Shown here piece by piece: positions 29,273-38,010 of a DNA stretch of 64,000 bases; positions within the stretch are counted from its first letter, which is position 1; every line of letters begins with the position of its first letter. The notes beneath the pieces are model-generated. The model searched no databases. It had not been told where the DNA came from and saw only the letters and a program-made list of their open reading frames with translations. Origin of the DNA: an uncultured Eubacteriales bacterium (GTDB taxonomy: Bacteria > Bacillota > Clostridia > Oscillospirales > Acutalibacteraceae); the NCBI GenBank assembly GCA_934466515.1, contig CAKSLH010000003.1:228472-292471 (forward strand). Reading direction: 5' to 3'. Made by a program: the position numbers and the translations under genes.

Positions 29273-29597
29273 CAGCTACGATAATTTTGAAGAAAAAAGA
29301 AATTTTTTAAGACAGTACAGATTTATGCTTTCAAAAATAAGGCGTCTTAAAAGCATGCTTGAAATTTCTCCCGAGAATGCGGAAAAATATAAAAAGGATA
29401 TTGCCGAAACGATAAAAAAACGCGATTTTATAGAGGATAGGATTGATTCGGTAGACGGAAGTCTCCTCACGGAAATCTTAAGCGAAAAATATATCTGCGG
29501 AAAGAGCCTTGAAGAAATTGCGCTCGGTCTTTCCTACAGTAAAAGACAAATCGAAAGACTTCATTTAAAAGCGCTTGAAAAGCTGGTTACGGTTTGA
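29256..29597 (+). CDS. sigma-70 region-4 type HTH protein (ArpU/DUF1492-like phage/ICE transcriptional activator)
   Basis: C-terminal SLEEIALGLSYSKRQIERLHLKALEKL resembles sigma region 4.2. Confidence 0.5.
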   Translation: MQMNFSSYDNFEEKRNFLRQYRFMLSKIRRLKSMLEISPENAEKYKKDIAETIKKRDFIEDRIDSVDGSLLTEILSEKYICGKSLEEIALGLSYSKRQIERLHLKALEKLVTV

Positions 29598-29631
29598 TAA
29601 AATAAAATATATAAAGTAAGGAGGGATACCG

Positions 29632-30822
29632 ATGGCTGACAGAGTGGTACTGCACTGTGATTTAAATAACTTTTTTGCGTCGGTAACTCTTCTTTCAAAC
29701 GCAACGCTTTATAATATGCCCGTAGCGGTCTGCGGAAATGAAAAGGAAAGGCACGGAATAGTTCTTGCAAAAAATGAAATTGCAAAGTCTTACGGGGTTA
29801 AAACCGCCGAAACTATACGGGACGCAAAAAGAAAATGCCCCGAGCTTGTCTGCCTGCCGCCCGATTATAAGCAGTATAAAAAGTATTCGGCTGCCGCAAG
29901 AAAGATTTATGAGCGGTATACCGATATGATAGAGCCGTTCGGTATTGACGAATGCTGGCTTGATGTAACCGGCAGTATAAGAATTTTCGGAAGCGGTGAG
30001 GAAATCGCCGAGAAAATCAGATGCTCAATTAAAAATGAGCTTAAAATAACGGTATCAATAGGGGTGAGCTTTAATAAGGCTTTCGCCAAACTCGGCTCAG
30101 ATATGAAAAAGCCCGACGGGATAACCGTTATCTCAAAGGAAAATTTCAAATCAAAGGTCTGGCCGCTTCCCGCAAAGGATTTGCTTTATGTGGGAAGAAG
30201 CACCGACGAAAGGCTTAAATCATCCGGGATTTTTACGATAGGCGATGTCGCAAACTGCGATACGGCACTGCTTTCGCATCTTTTAGGCAAAAACGGCGAA
30301 CAGCTTAAAAGGTATGCAATGGGTCTTGACTCTTCTCCTGTTGCCGACTCAAACGCCTTAAGAATACCTAAAAGCATCGGAAGATCCGTAACCTTAGATC
30401 ATGATATAGACTCTTATGAAGAGGTTAGGAAAATATTTCTTATTTTAAGCGAAGAAATAACCGAAAATATGAGGAATTTGAAGCTTGCCGCATTCGGATT
30501 TCAGATTCATTTAAGAGATACTTCTCTTAGGGTTAAGGAATATTCCGCAACCCTGAGCGCCCCGATTACTTCATCGTTACAGCTTTCAAAAAAAGGCTTT
30601 GAGCTTTTTAAAAGGAATTATTCTTTTCTTACTCCCTTAAGGTCTGTAGGAATAAGGGCGATAAATCTTAAGGATAAGGATACATATTTTCAGCAAAGCT
30701 TTTTTGATTTGCAGTCAGAGTTGGAAAATGAAGAAAAAATCGAGCAGTCGATTATAAATTTAAGGGATAAATTCGGGGAAAGCAGCGTTAAAAGAGCGAG
30801 CACAATAGAAAAGCAAAAGTAA
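29632..30822 (+). CDS. Y-family DNA polymerase (DinB/UmuC family)
   Basis: VLHCDLNNFFASV and the IMS/UmuC catalytic core. 396 aa. Confidence 0.88.
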   Translation: MADRVVLHCDLNNFFASVTLLSNATLYNMPVAVCGNEKERHGIVLAKNEIAKSYGVKTAETIRDAKRKCPELVCLPPDYKQYKKYSAAARKIYERYTDMIEPFGIDECWLDVTGSIRIFGSGEEIAEKIRCSIKNELKITVSIGVSFNKAFAKLGSDMKKPDGITVISKENFKSKVWPLPAKDLLYVGRSTDERLKSSGIFTIGDVANCDTALLSHLLGKNGEQLKRYAMGLDSSPVADSNALRIPKSIGRSVTLDHDIDSYEEVRKIFLILSEEITENMRNLKLAAFGFQIHLRDTSLRVKEYSATLSAPITSSLQLSKKGFELFKRNYSFLTPLRSVGIRAINLKDKDTYFQQSFFDLQSELENEEKIEQSIINLRDKFGESSVKRASTIEKQK

Positions 30823-30889
30823 TTTTCTTGTATTTGTAATAATTATAGTGTATAATATAATATTATAATTATTTTTAAGAGGTGTAGTT

Positions 30890-31546
30890 ATGCTCAGCCT
30901 TTTAAGACAGGGAAGCATGGATAGAATAATAGTTTATCTTATGTCCTCCGTAATCACTGTTTTTTTGACTTTGCCTATACATGAATTTGCCCACGGCTTT
31001 GTCGCTTCGAAATTAGGCGACCCCACGCCGAAATATCAGGGACGGCTGACGCTCAATCCCTTTGCGCATCTTGACCTTATCGGGTCTCTTGCAATTGTGT
31101 TTTTCGGCTTCGGTTGGGCAAAGCCTGTTCAGATAAACGCAAGATATTTTAAAAATCCAAAGCGCGGCATGGCGCTGACTGCTCTTGCAGGCCCTTTGGC
31201 AAACCTTTTGGTTTCTTTTATCGCAGTATTTTTCTGCGCGCTTATCCCGCATATTTTGCCTGTTTCTGCGGCAATGATTTATGCGGTGCTGTTTTTCAGG
31301 TATATCGCAACGATAAATGTCTATCTTGCGGTGTTTAACCTTATTCCCGTTCCTCCGCTGGACGGGTCGAGGGTATTGTTTGCGTTTTTGCCGAGCGGAG
31401 CATATTTTAAAATAATGCAGTATGAAAGATATATTTATTTCGGTCTTTTGCTGCTTATGTTTACAGGTGTTTTAAGCTATCCCATAAGTGCTCTTTCAAA
31501 TCTTATATTAAACGGAATGAGCGCCTTTTGGTCACTGATTTTTTAA
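30890..31546 (+). CDS. site-2 protease family protein (peptidase M50)
   Basis: HEFAHGF metalloprotease motif in a TM helix. Multi-TM. Confidence 0.8.
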   Translation: MLSLLRQGSMDRIIVYLMSSVITVFLTLPIHEFAHGFVASKLGDPTPKYQGRLTLNPFAHLDLIGSLAIVFFGFGWAKPVQINARYFKNPKRGMALTALAGPLANLLVSFIAVFFCALIPHILPVSAAMIYAVLFFRYIATINVYLAVFNLIPVPPLDGSRVLFAFLPSGAYFKIMQYERYIYFGLLLLMFTGVLSYPISALSNLILNGMSAFWSLIF

Positions 31547-31563
31547 AAAACGGAGTTTAAATA

Positions 31564-32283
31564 ATGGAAGAACAACCGCTTTTCAGGCTGGATAATTTTG
31601 AAGGCCCGTTAGATATGCTGTTAAAGCTGATATCTAAAAACAAATTGAATATTTATGATATCAAGCTTTCTGTTCTTATAGAGCAGTATCTTCAGCAGAT
31701 TGAGGTCTTTAAAGCGCAGGAAATGGATATTTCAAGCGAATTTCTAGAAATGGCTTCAAGGCTTATCTATATTAAGACCGTAAGTCTTCTGCCTAAGCAC
31801 GAGGAAATCGAAAGGCTCAAAGAGGAACTTACAGGCGAGTTGCTTGAATATCAGATGTGTCAGGAAATGGCAGGAAAGCTTGCTCTTATGACAGGTGGCT
31901 TTGATAATTTCATAAAAAAGCCCGAGCCCTTTGAGGCGGACAAAAAATATGTGCTTAATCATCCGTCCTCGGTTTTGTTTGACGCTTATCAGGAGGCTGT
32001 CGGCAGGGGACAGAGGAGACTTCCGCCTCCGGTTACTCCTTTTACCAAAATCGTTGCGAAAAAGATAGTAGCCGTTTCGACAAAAATCGTTTTCGTTATG
32101 CGAAAGCTTATAAAGGGAGGGACAAGCAAGCTTTCAAAGCTTTATATGTCCGCCCATGATAAATCCGAGCTTGTCGCAACCTTTCTTGCGGTGCTTGAGC
32201 TTTGCAAGGTAAACCGCATAAGCATTGATGGAGACGGAGAAAGCGCGCAGATTAAATTAAATAAGGAGCATAAAGCCAAATGA
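31564..32283 (+). CDS. scpA: segregation and condensation protein A
   Basis: LDNFEGPLDMLLKLISKNKLNIYDI signature. Confidence 0.9.
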   Translation: MEEQPLFRLDNFEGPLDMLLKLISKNKLNIYDIKLSVLIEQYLQQIEVFKAQEMDISSEFLEMASRLIYIKTVSLLPKHEEIERLKEELTGELLEYQMCQEMAGKLALMTGGFDNFIKKPEPFEADKKYVLNHPSSVLFDAYQEAVGRGQRRLPPPVTPFTKIVAKKIVAVSTKIVFVMRKLIKGGTSKLSKLYMSAHDKSELVATFLAVLELCKVNRISIDGDGESAQIKLNKEHKAK

Positions 32284-32855
32284 ATAAAGAACAGCTGCTT
32301 AGCGCTATGGAAGCCGTTTTGTTTGCTTCGGGAGACCCTGTAAGTATAGACAGGCTGTCTCAGGTATTTGAAATCAGCCCCGAAAAGGTCGAAGCTACCG
32401 CCTCGGCGCTTGAAAAAAAGCTTGAGGATAATAAAAGCGGCATAAAGCTTATAAGACTAGAAAATAAATACCAGCTTGCCACAAGAAATGAGTTTGCGGA
32501 ATATATTAAAAAAGCTTTCGATATAAAGCGCAAAACTCCGCTGTCTCCTGCGGCATTGGAGGTTTTAGCGGTTATCGCTTATAATCAGCCCGTAACCCGT
32601 TCATTTGTCGAGCAGGTAAGAGGTGTTGACTGCTCGGGAGTTATAACAACGCTTATTGAAAAGGAGCTTATTGAGGAGCGCGGAAGACTTGAGCTTCCCG
32701 GAAAGCCCCTGCTTTACGGAACAACGGATAACTTTTTAAGATGCTTCTCGATTTCGGATTTAAGCGAGCTGCCGCCGCTTCCTAAGGATAATGTACAGCC
32801 TGCTGATATGGGCGAACAGCTTGTTATCGAAGAAACTCAGCAAGCGGAAGAATAA
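32280..32855 (+). CDS. scpB: segregation and condensation protein B
   Basis: LSAMEAVLFASGDPVS signature. Overlaps scpA by 4 nt. Confidence 0.9.
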   Translation: MNKEQLLSAMEAVLFASGDPVSIDRLSQVFEISPEKVEATASALEKKLEDNKSGIKLIRLENKYQLATRNEFAEYIKKAFDIKRKTPLSPAALEVLAVIAYNQPVTRSFVEQVRGVDCSGVITTLIEKELIEERGRLELPGKPLLYGTTDNFLRCFSISDLSELPPLPKDNVQPADMGEQLVIEETQQAEE

Positions 32856-32870
32856 AGAAAGGAAAAAGCT

Positions 32871-33275
32871 ATGAGTGAGGGTAATATTCAGGGCATAATG
32901 GATGTCACTTTAGAAAAGCTCCGCGCTATGGTGGACGCGGATACTATAATCGGCACGCCTGTAAAAGCCGATAATTTCACCCTGATTCCTGTTTCGAAGG
33001 TGTCCTTCGGACTTGCAACCGGCGGAAGCGATTTTCCGTCAAAAAGCGGAGCGCAGATGTTCGGCGGCGGAAGCGGAGCGGGAGCCTCGGTGGTTCCGGT
33101 TGCGTTCATTGCGATAAACGGAGACGATATCAAAATGCTCCCTGTTTATAATGATCTTAATACCTTTGACAAAGCGATAAATATGATGCCCGACCTGATA
33201 GAAAAGGCAAAGGGACTTTTTAAGAGACAGGAAATCCGTTTCGATGAGGACGGAAATGTTATAAGCGAGGGCTGA
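32871..33275 (+). CDS. ytfJ: sporulation protein YtfJ (GerW family)
   Basis: YtfJ pattern (FTLIPVSKVSFGLATGGSDF...GGGSGAG). Follows scpAB as in other sporulating Firmicutes. Confidence 0.75.
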   Translation: MSEGNIQGIMDVTLEKLRAMVDADTIIGTPVKADNFTLIPVSKVSFGLATGGSDFPSKSGAQMFGGGSGAGASVVPVAFIAINGDDIKMLPVYNDLNTFDKAINMMPDLIEKAKGLFKRQEIRFDEDGNVISEG

Positions 33276-33327
33276 AATCCCGTTATAATTAGATTAAAAG
33301 CGGAATAAACTTTATACGGTGATATAA

Positions 33328-34446
33328 ATGCTTAATTCCGCTTTAAAAAAAATAACGGCAATCCTTTTGTCGGTTGTTTTTATGCTTACACTAAGAATAA
33401 ATACCTCTGCAATAAGCGCTAAGTCCGCCGTGCTTATCTGTGCAGATACAGGAGAAATTATTTATTCGAGAAATGCCGAGGAAAGGCTTCCTATGGCAAG
33501 CACTACTAAAATTATGACGGCTTTTTTGCTTTGCGAGCAGGACCTGAAAAGACAGGTGACAGTTTCCTTTTCCGATATAAATACCGAGGGCACCTCTATG
33601 GGGCTTAAGGATAAGGATACCGTGACCTTAGAGGACCTTCTTTACGGAATGCTTTTAGCCTCGGGTAACGACGCGGCAAATGCCGCGGCGGCGGCAGTCG
33701 GGGGAACGGTCGACAATTTTGTTAAAATGATGAACGAAAAAGCTAAGTCTTTGGGGCTTAAAAACACCCATTTCGCAACCCCCTCCGGGCTTGACGCCGA
33801 CGGCCATTATTCCACCGCCTACGATATGGCAATTCTTGCTAAGAACGCTTTAAATAACGCTGACTTTGCAAAAGCCGCGGCGACAAAGGAAAAGACCGTA
33901 GCTTTAAATAACGGCGAAAAAAAGATTACCCTTACAAATCATAACCGCCTTTTAAGGTCCTACAGCGATGTTACGGGTGTTAAAACAGGATTTACAAAAA
34001 AATCGGGCAGATGCTTGGTTTCCTCCGCCGAAAAGGACGGCAAGAGGGTAATAGCCGTCACCTTAAATGACCCGGACGACTGGAAGGACCATAGATATAT
34101 GCTTGATTTAGGTCTTGAAACTGTAAAGGAATATAAGGTTTCTCCAAAGCAAAATTATGCCGATATCAGGGTCTTCGGCGGAAATAAAAACAGCATTAGG
34201 ATTTCACTTCCGAAGCTCTCGGTCTGCTCTGCCGCTAAATCGGAGCTCGGCTGCGAAGTCAATGTTAAATCGGCTGTTTTTGCGCCTGTTAAAAAGGGGC
34301 AAAAGCTCGGAGAAATCGTTTTCACTTCGGACGGCAGGGTTATTAAAAAATGCGATTTGAATTCGGACGAGGACATAAAAAGAGAAAAAAGCGGCTTTTT
34401 TAAAAAGCTTATAAATATAAGTATTGTTATACTGGGGAGTATTTAA
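33328..34446 (+). CDS. D-alanyl-D-alanine carboxypeptidase (serine-type, PBP5 family)
   Basis: Signal peptide, SxxK (ASTTK), SGN and KTG motifs. Confidence 0.88.
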   Translation: MLNSALKKITAILLSVVFMLTLRINTSAISAKSAVLICADTGEIIYSRNAEERLPMASTTKIMTAFLLCEQDLKRQVTVSFSDINTEGTSMGLKDKDTVTLEDLLYGMLLASGNDAANAAAAAVGGTVDNFVKMMNEKAKSLGLKNTHFATPSGLDADGHYSTAYDMAILAKNALNNADFAKAAATKEKTVALNNGEKKITLTNHNRLLRSYSDVTGVKTGFTKKSGRCLVSSAEKDGKRVIAVTLNDPDDWKDHRYMLDLGLETVKEYKVSPKQNYADIRVFGGNKNSIRISLPKLSVCSAAKSELGCEVNVKSAVFAPVKKGQKLGEIVFTSDGRVIKKCDLNSDEDIKREKSGFFKKLINISIVILGSI

Positions 34447-35189
34447 TGAAGGATATTAAAATCAGACTGCAAAAGCATCTTTCCGCCTGCGGAATTGCTT
34501 CAAGAAGAAAAGCAGAGGAGCTGATAGCCTCGGGCAAGGTGCGTGTAAACGGCAAAATTGCAGTTATAGGCGATAAGGTAGACCCGAAAAGGGATAAGAT
34601 TTCTGTCAGAGGAAAAACCGTTGTTTCAAACGATTCAAAATGCTATATAATGCTTAATAAGCCCCGCGGATTTATCACCGCCATGAGCGATGACAGGGGA
34701 AGAAAGACCGTTGCCGACTTAACCGCCGATGTTGGCGTCAAGGTTTTCCCCGTAGGACGGCTTGACCGCGATTCCGAAGGACTACTTATAATGACTAATG
34801 ACGGAGATATAACAAATATACTTACCCATCCGTCAAATCATGTTAATAAGACCTACCGCGTCACCGTAAAAGGCGAGGTAAGCGAGGACAAGCTTAAAAG
34901 GCTTTGCGAGGGCGTAATTATAGAGGGCAGAAAGACCTTGCCGTGCGATGTTTTTGTAGTCGAAAGAAAAGAAGACAGAACGGTTTTGAATTTCATAATC
35001 CATGAGGGCAGAAACAGGCAGATAAGAAAAATGTGCGCGGCTGTAGGGTTAGAGGTTTTAAGGCTTAAAAGAATTGAAATTGCGGGCATTAAGCTCGGAA
35101 AGCTACCTGCAGGCTCGTGGAGACCGCTTAATCAAAAGGAGCTTAACCGCTTAGAAAACATATCAAAATCGAAAGAGGAAACAGAATGA
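34446..35189 (+). CDS. rluB: 23S rRNA pseudouridine synthase B
   Basis: S4 domain (RLQKHLSACGIASRRKAEELI) plus RsuA-family catalytic domain. Confidence 0.85.
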   Translation: MKDIKIRLQKHLSACGIASRRKAEELIASGKVRVNGKIAVIGDKVDPKRDKISVRGKTVVSNDSKCYIMLNKPRGFITAMSDDRGRKTVADLTADVGVKVFPVGRLDRDSEGLLIMTNDGDITNILTHPSNHVNKTYRVTVKGEVSEDKLKRLCEGVIIEGRKTLPCDVFVVERKEDRTVLNFIIHEGRNRQIRKMCAAVGLEVLRLKRIEIAGIKLGKLPAGSWRPLNQKELNRLENISKSKEETE

Positions 35190-35554
35190 TTTCGGTTATC
35201 CCTTGCTATGATAAAGAAAAATTAAAGGAGCTTTATTTAAAAAGCGGTACTGAATTTTCGGATAAATCAGTTGCGGTTCTTGCGGAAAGCTCCGGCGAAG
35301 TTTTAGGCTTTTGCCTTTTTGATCTATATGAAAAAAGCGCGCTTATTAAAAAAATCGAGCCGGAAAACGATATTATGCTTGCCGACGGAATTTTAAGAAG
35401 CGCTCTTCATGTCGCCGCCGAGCGGTTTATAACGGAAGTCCGTTATGAAAAAAGCATTTTCGGAATTGTAGACAAGCTTAAATTTGTTAAAGATAAAAAC
35501 GAATGCACTTTGGATATTGACAAGCTTTTTAAAAGCTGTAAATCATGTAAATGA
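35186..35554 (+). CDS. hypothetical protein
   Basis: 122-aa ORF overlapping the rluB stop (ATGA). No recognisable motif. Confidence 0.4.
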   Translation: MISVIPCYDKEKLKELYLKSGTEFSDKSVAVLAESSGEVLGFCLFDLYEKSALIKKIEPENDIMLADGILRSALHVAAERFITEVRYEKSIFGIVDKLKFVKDKNECTLDIDKLFKSCKSCK

Positions 35555-35658
35555 TAAAAAAATGTTGCAAAATATGATATAATATGATAATATATATTTG
35601 TGTGCGCAAGACTTTTGCGTTTTTTAGTTTAAAAGTCTGATTTTGGGAGGTTTAAAAA

Positions 35659-35910
35659 ATGAATGCAGGTAAGATAATTCTCGGCATTGCCGTTATAATC
35701 GTTTCCTTGATTATTATAGCTGTTGTTCTGCTTCAGCAGGGAAGAAGAGCCGGTATAAACGGCGCAATTTCAGGCGGAGCCGATACATTTCTTTCTAAGA
35801 ACAAGGCTCATACTGCCGACGCGCTTCTCGCAAGAATAACAAAGATCGTTGCGGCTCTGTTTTTCGTTCTCGCAATCGTTGCGAATGTTATTTCCGCTCT
35901 CGGAAAATAA
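35659..35910 (+). CDS. secG: preprotein translocase subunit SecG
   Basis: 83 aa, two TM helices, LLQQG. Confidence 0.8.
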   Translation: MNAGKIILGIAVIIVSLIIIAVVLLQQGRRAGINGAISGGADTFLSKNKAHTADALLARITKIVAALFFVLAIVANVISALGK

Positions 35911-35986
35911 TTGAAAATATTTTAAAAATAAAAAAAGACACTTAATGCGCTTAGAGACGGGCTCAACCTAAATTTAAGCGCTTCAT

Positions 35987-36072
35987 GCCGGTGTGTCGGA
36001 ATGGCAGACGAGACAGACTCAAAATCTGTTGTCAGCAATGGCGTGTGGGTTCAAGTCCCACCACCGGCACCA
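35987..36072 (+). tRNA. tRNA-Leu (anticodon CAA)
   Basis: Acceptor stem GCCGGTG/CACCGGC with encoded CCA, anticodon loop CTCAAAA, long variable arm. Confidence 0.85.
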
Positions 36073-36075
36073 CAT

Positions 36076-36116
36076 ATCGACAGGACTTAAGCTTTTATGT
36101 CTTGTCGATTTTTGTT
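36076..36116 (+). terminator. intrinsic terminator after tRNA-Leu(CAA)
   Basis: atcgacaggac...gtcttgtcgat followed by a T-run. Confidence 0.7.
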
Positions 36117-36161
36117 AAATGAAGTATTTTTCGGCGAATAAAGAATAAGGTTGTGAAATTT

Positions 36162-36938
36162 ATGAAGGTTGTAATTCTCGCAGGCGGATTCGGCACAAGA
36201 ATTTCGGAGGAATCCGTTTATAAGCCCAAGCCGCTTATAGAAATCGGCGGAATGCCTATTCTTTGGCATATTATGAAAGGCTATTCTTATTACGGGTATA
36301 ATGACTTCATTATCTGCGCAGGATATAAACAGCATGTTATAAAGGAATGGTTTGCAAACTATTTCATTCATACAAGCGATGTCACTTTTGATTTTACAAA
36401 GGGCAACGAGGTGATTATCCATGAAAACCATGCCGAGCCGTGGAAGGTAACGGTTGTTGATACGGGTCTTAATACAATGACCGGGGGAAGAATCAAAAGG
36501 ATACAGCCTTATGTCGGAGATGAAACTTTTATGATGACCTACGGCGACGGAGTCTGCGATGTGGATATAGATAAGCTTGTAGAATTTCATAAAGCAAACA
36601 ATAAAATCGCAACCTTAACGGCCGTCGTTCAAAAGCAACAAAAAGGAATTCTTGATATAATGGAAAACGGAGCTGTTAAAAGCTTCCGCGAAAAGCAGGT
36701 TAATGACGGCGCCGCTATAAACGCGGGCTTTATGGTTCTTGAACCGCAGATTTTCGATTATCTTGAGGGCGACGATACCGTTTTTGAGACAACACCGCTT
36801 GAAAAACTCGTAAGTGAGGGTCAGCTGATGAGCTACCGCCATACGGGCTTTTGGCAGTGCATGGATTCAATGCGTGAAAAGGAGCTTCTTGAAACACTTC
36901 TTAAAAACGGTAAGGCTCCGTGGAAAAAGTGGGAGTGA
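36162..36938 (+). CDS. rfbF: glucose-1-phosphate cytidylyltransferase
   Basis: MKVVILAGGFGTRISEES...KPLIEIGG nucleotidyltransferase signature matching RfbF/DdhA. Confidence 0.88.
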   Translation: MKVVILAGGFGTRISEESVYKPKPLIEIGGMPILWHIMKGYSYYGYNDFIICAGYKQHVIKEWFANYFIHTSDVTFDFTKGNEVIIHENHAEPWKVTVVDTGLNTMTGGRIKRIQPYVGDETFMMTYGDGVCDVDIDKLVEFHKANNKIATLTAVVQKQQKGILDIMENGAVKSFREKQVNDGAAINAGFMVLEPQIFDYLEGDDTVFETTPLEKLVSEGQLMSYRHTGFWQCMDSMREKELLETLLKNGKAPWKKWE

Positions 36939-36944
36939 AAATAT

Positions 36945-37994
36945 ATGAATCTTGATTTTTATAAAGGAAAGAGAGTTTTCATTACAGGGCATACAGGTTT
37001 TAAGGGCTCTTGGCTCTGCAGAATTTTAATTTCGGCAGGCGCAAAGGTAATAGGCTTTTCTTTAGAGCCGCCCACATCTCCAAACCTCTTTGATATCGCA
37101 GATATTAAGCCGCACATCAATTCTGTTATCGGAGACATCAGGGATTTTGAGGCTCTTAAAAAAGCCTATGACGAAGCAGAGCCTGAAATAGTATTTCACC
37201 TTGCGGCACAGCCGATCGTCAGAGACAGCTATAAAGAACCTGCTTATACATACGAAACCAATGTCATGGGAACGGTCAATCTTCTTGAGTGTGTGAGGCT
37301 GAGCGCCAATCCGCCTAAATCAGTGCTTAATGTTACAACCGATAAGGTCTATAAAAATAATGAATGGGCTTGGGGCTACAGGGAAAACGAGCCGCTTGAC
37401 GGGTTTGATCCTTATTCAAATTCAAAGTCCTGCTCGGAGCTTGTAACTCATAGCTATAAGGTATCTTTTCTTGATGGAATGGGCATCGCTGTTTCAACCG
37501 CAAGAGCCGGAAATGTTATAGGCGGAGGAGATTTCGCAAATGACAGAATTATTCCCGACTGCGTAAGAGCGGCAAAGGAAAAAGCAATAATAACTGTAAG
37601 AAATCCTTATTCAACAAGACCCTATCAGCATGTTTTAGAGCCGCTTGCGGCATATCTGATGATTGCGGCAAAGCAGTATGAGGATATAAAATATGCCGAT
37701 TATTATAATGTCGGTCCCGATGAGTGCGACTGTGTTACTACAGGCGACCTTGTAACCCTCTTCTGTGAAAAATTCGGAGAGGGAATGAAATGGGAAAATA
37801 AATCCGTAGGCGGTCCGCATGAAGCAAACTTCCTTAAGCTTGATTGCTCAAAGCTTAAATCGGTATTTTCATGGAAACCGCGCTGGCATATTGACGAGTG
37901 CATGGAAATGACCTGCAGATTCAGTAAGATTTGGCTTGAAAACGGAAATATACCTGCGGAAATGGATAAGGAAATCAAAGAATTCTTTAAATAA
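36945..37994 (+). CDS. rfbG: CDP-glucose 4,6-dehydratase
   Basis: VFITGHTGFKGSWL extended-SDR signature of RfbG/DdhB. Confidence 0.88.
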   Translation: MNLDFYKGKRVFITGHTGFKGSWLCRILISAGAKVIGFSLEPPTSPNLFDIADIKPHINSVIGDIRDFEALKKAYDEAEPEIVFHLAAQPIVRDSYKEPAYTYETNVMGTVNLLECVRLSANPPKSVLNVTTDKVYKNNEWAWGYRENEPLDGFDPYSNSKSCSELVTHSYKVSFLDGMGIAVSTARAGNVIGGGDFANDRIIPDCVRAAKEKAIITVRNPYSTRPYQHVLEPLAAYLMIAAKQYEDIKYADYYNVGPDECDCVTTGDLVTLFCEKFGEGMKWENKSVGGPHEANFLKLDCSKLKSVFSWKPRWHIDECMEMTCRFSKIWLENGNIPAEMDKEIKEFFK

Positions 37995-38010
37995 AAAAAG
38001 GAGAAAGAAA

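Noticed and set aside
35911-35986. Imperfect inverted repeat gcgcttag...ttaagcgc between secG and tRNA-Leu(CAA), considered as a secG terminator
   Set aside because: It has a 19-nt loop and no U-run. secG and the tRNA are probably co-transcribed and processed.
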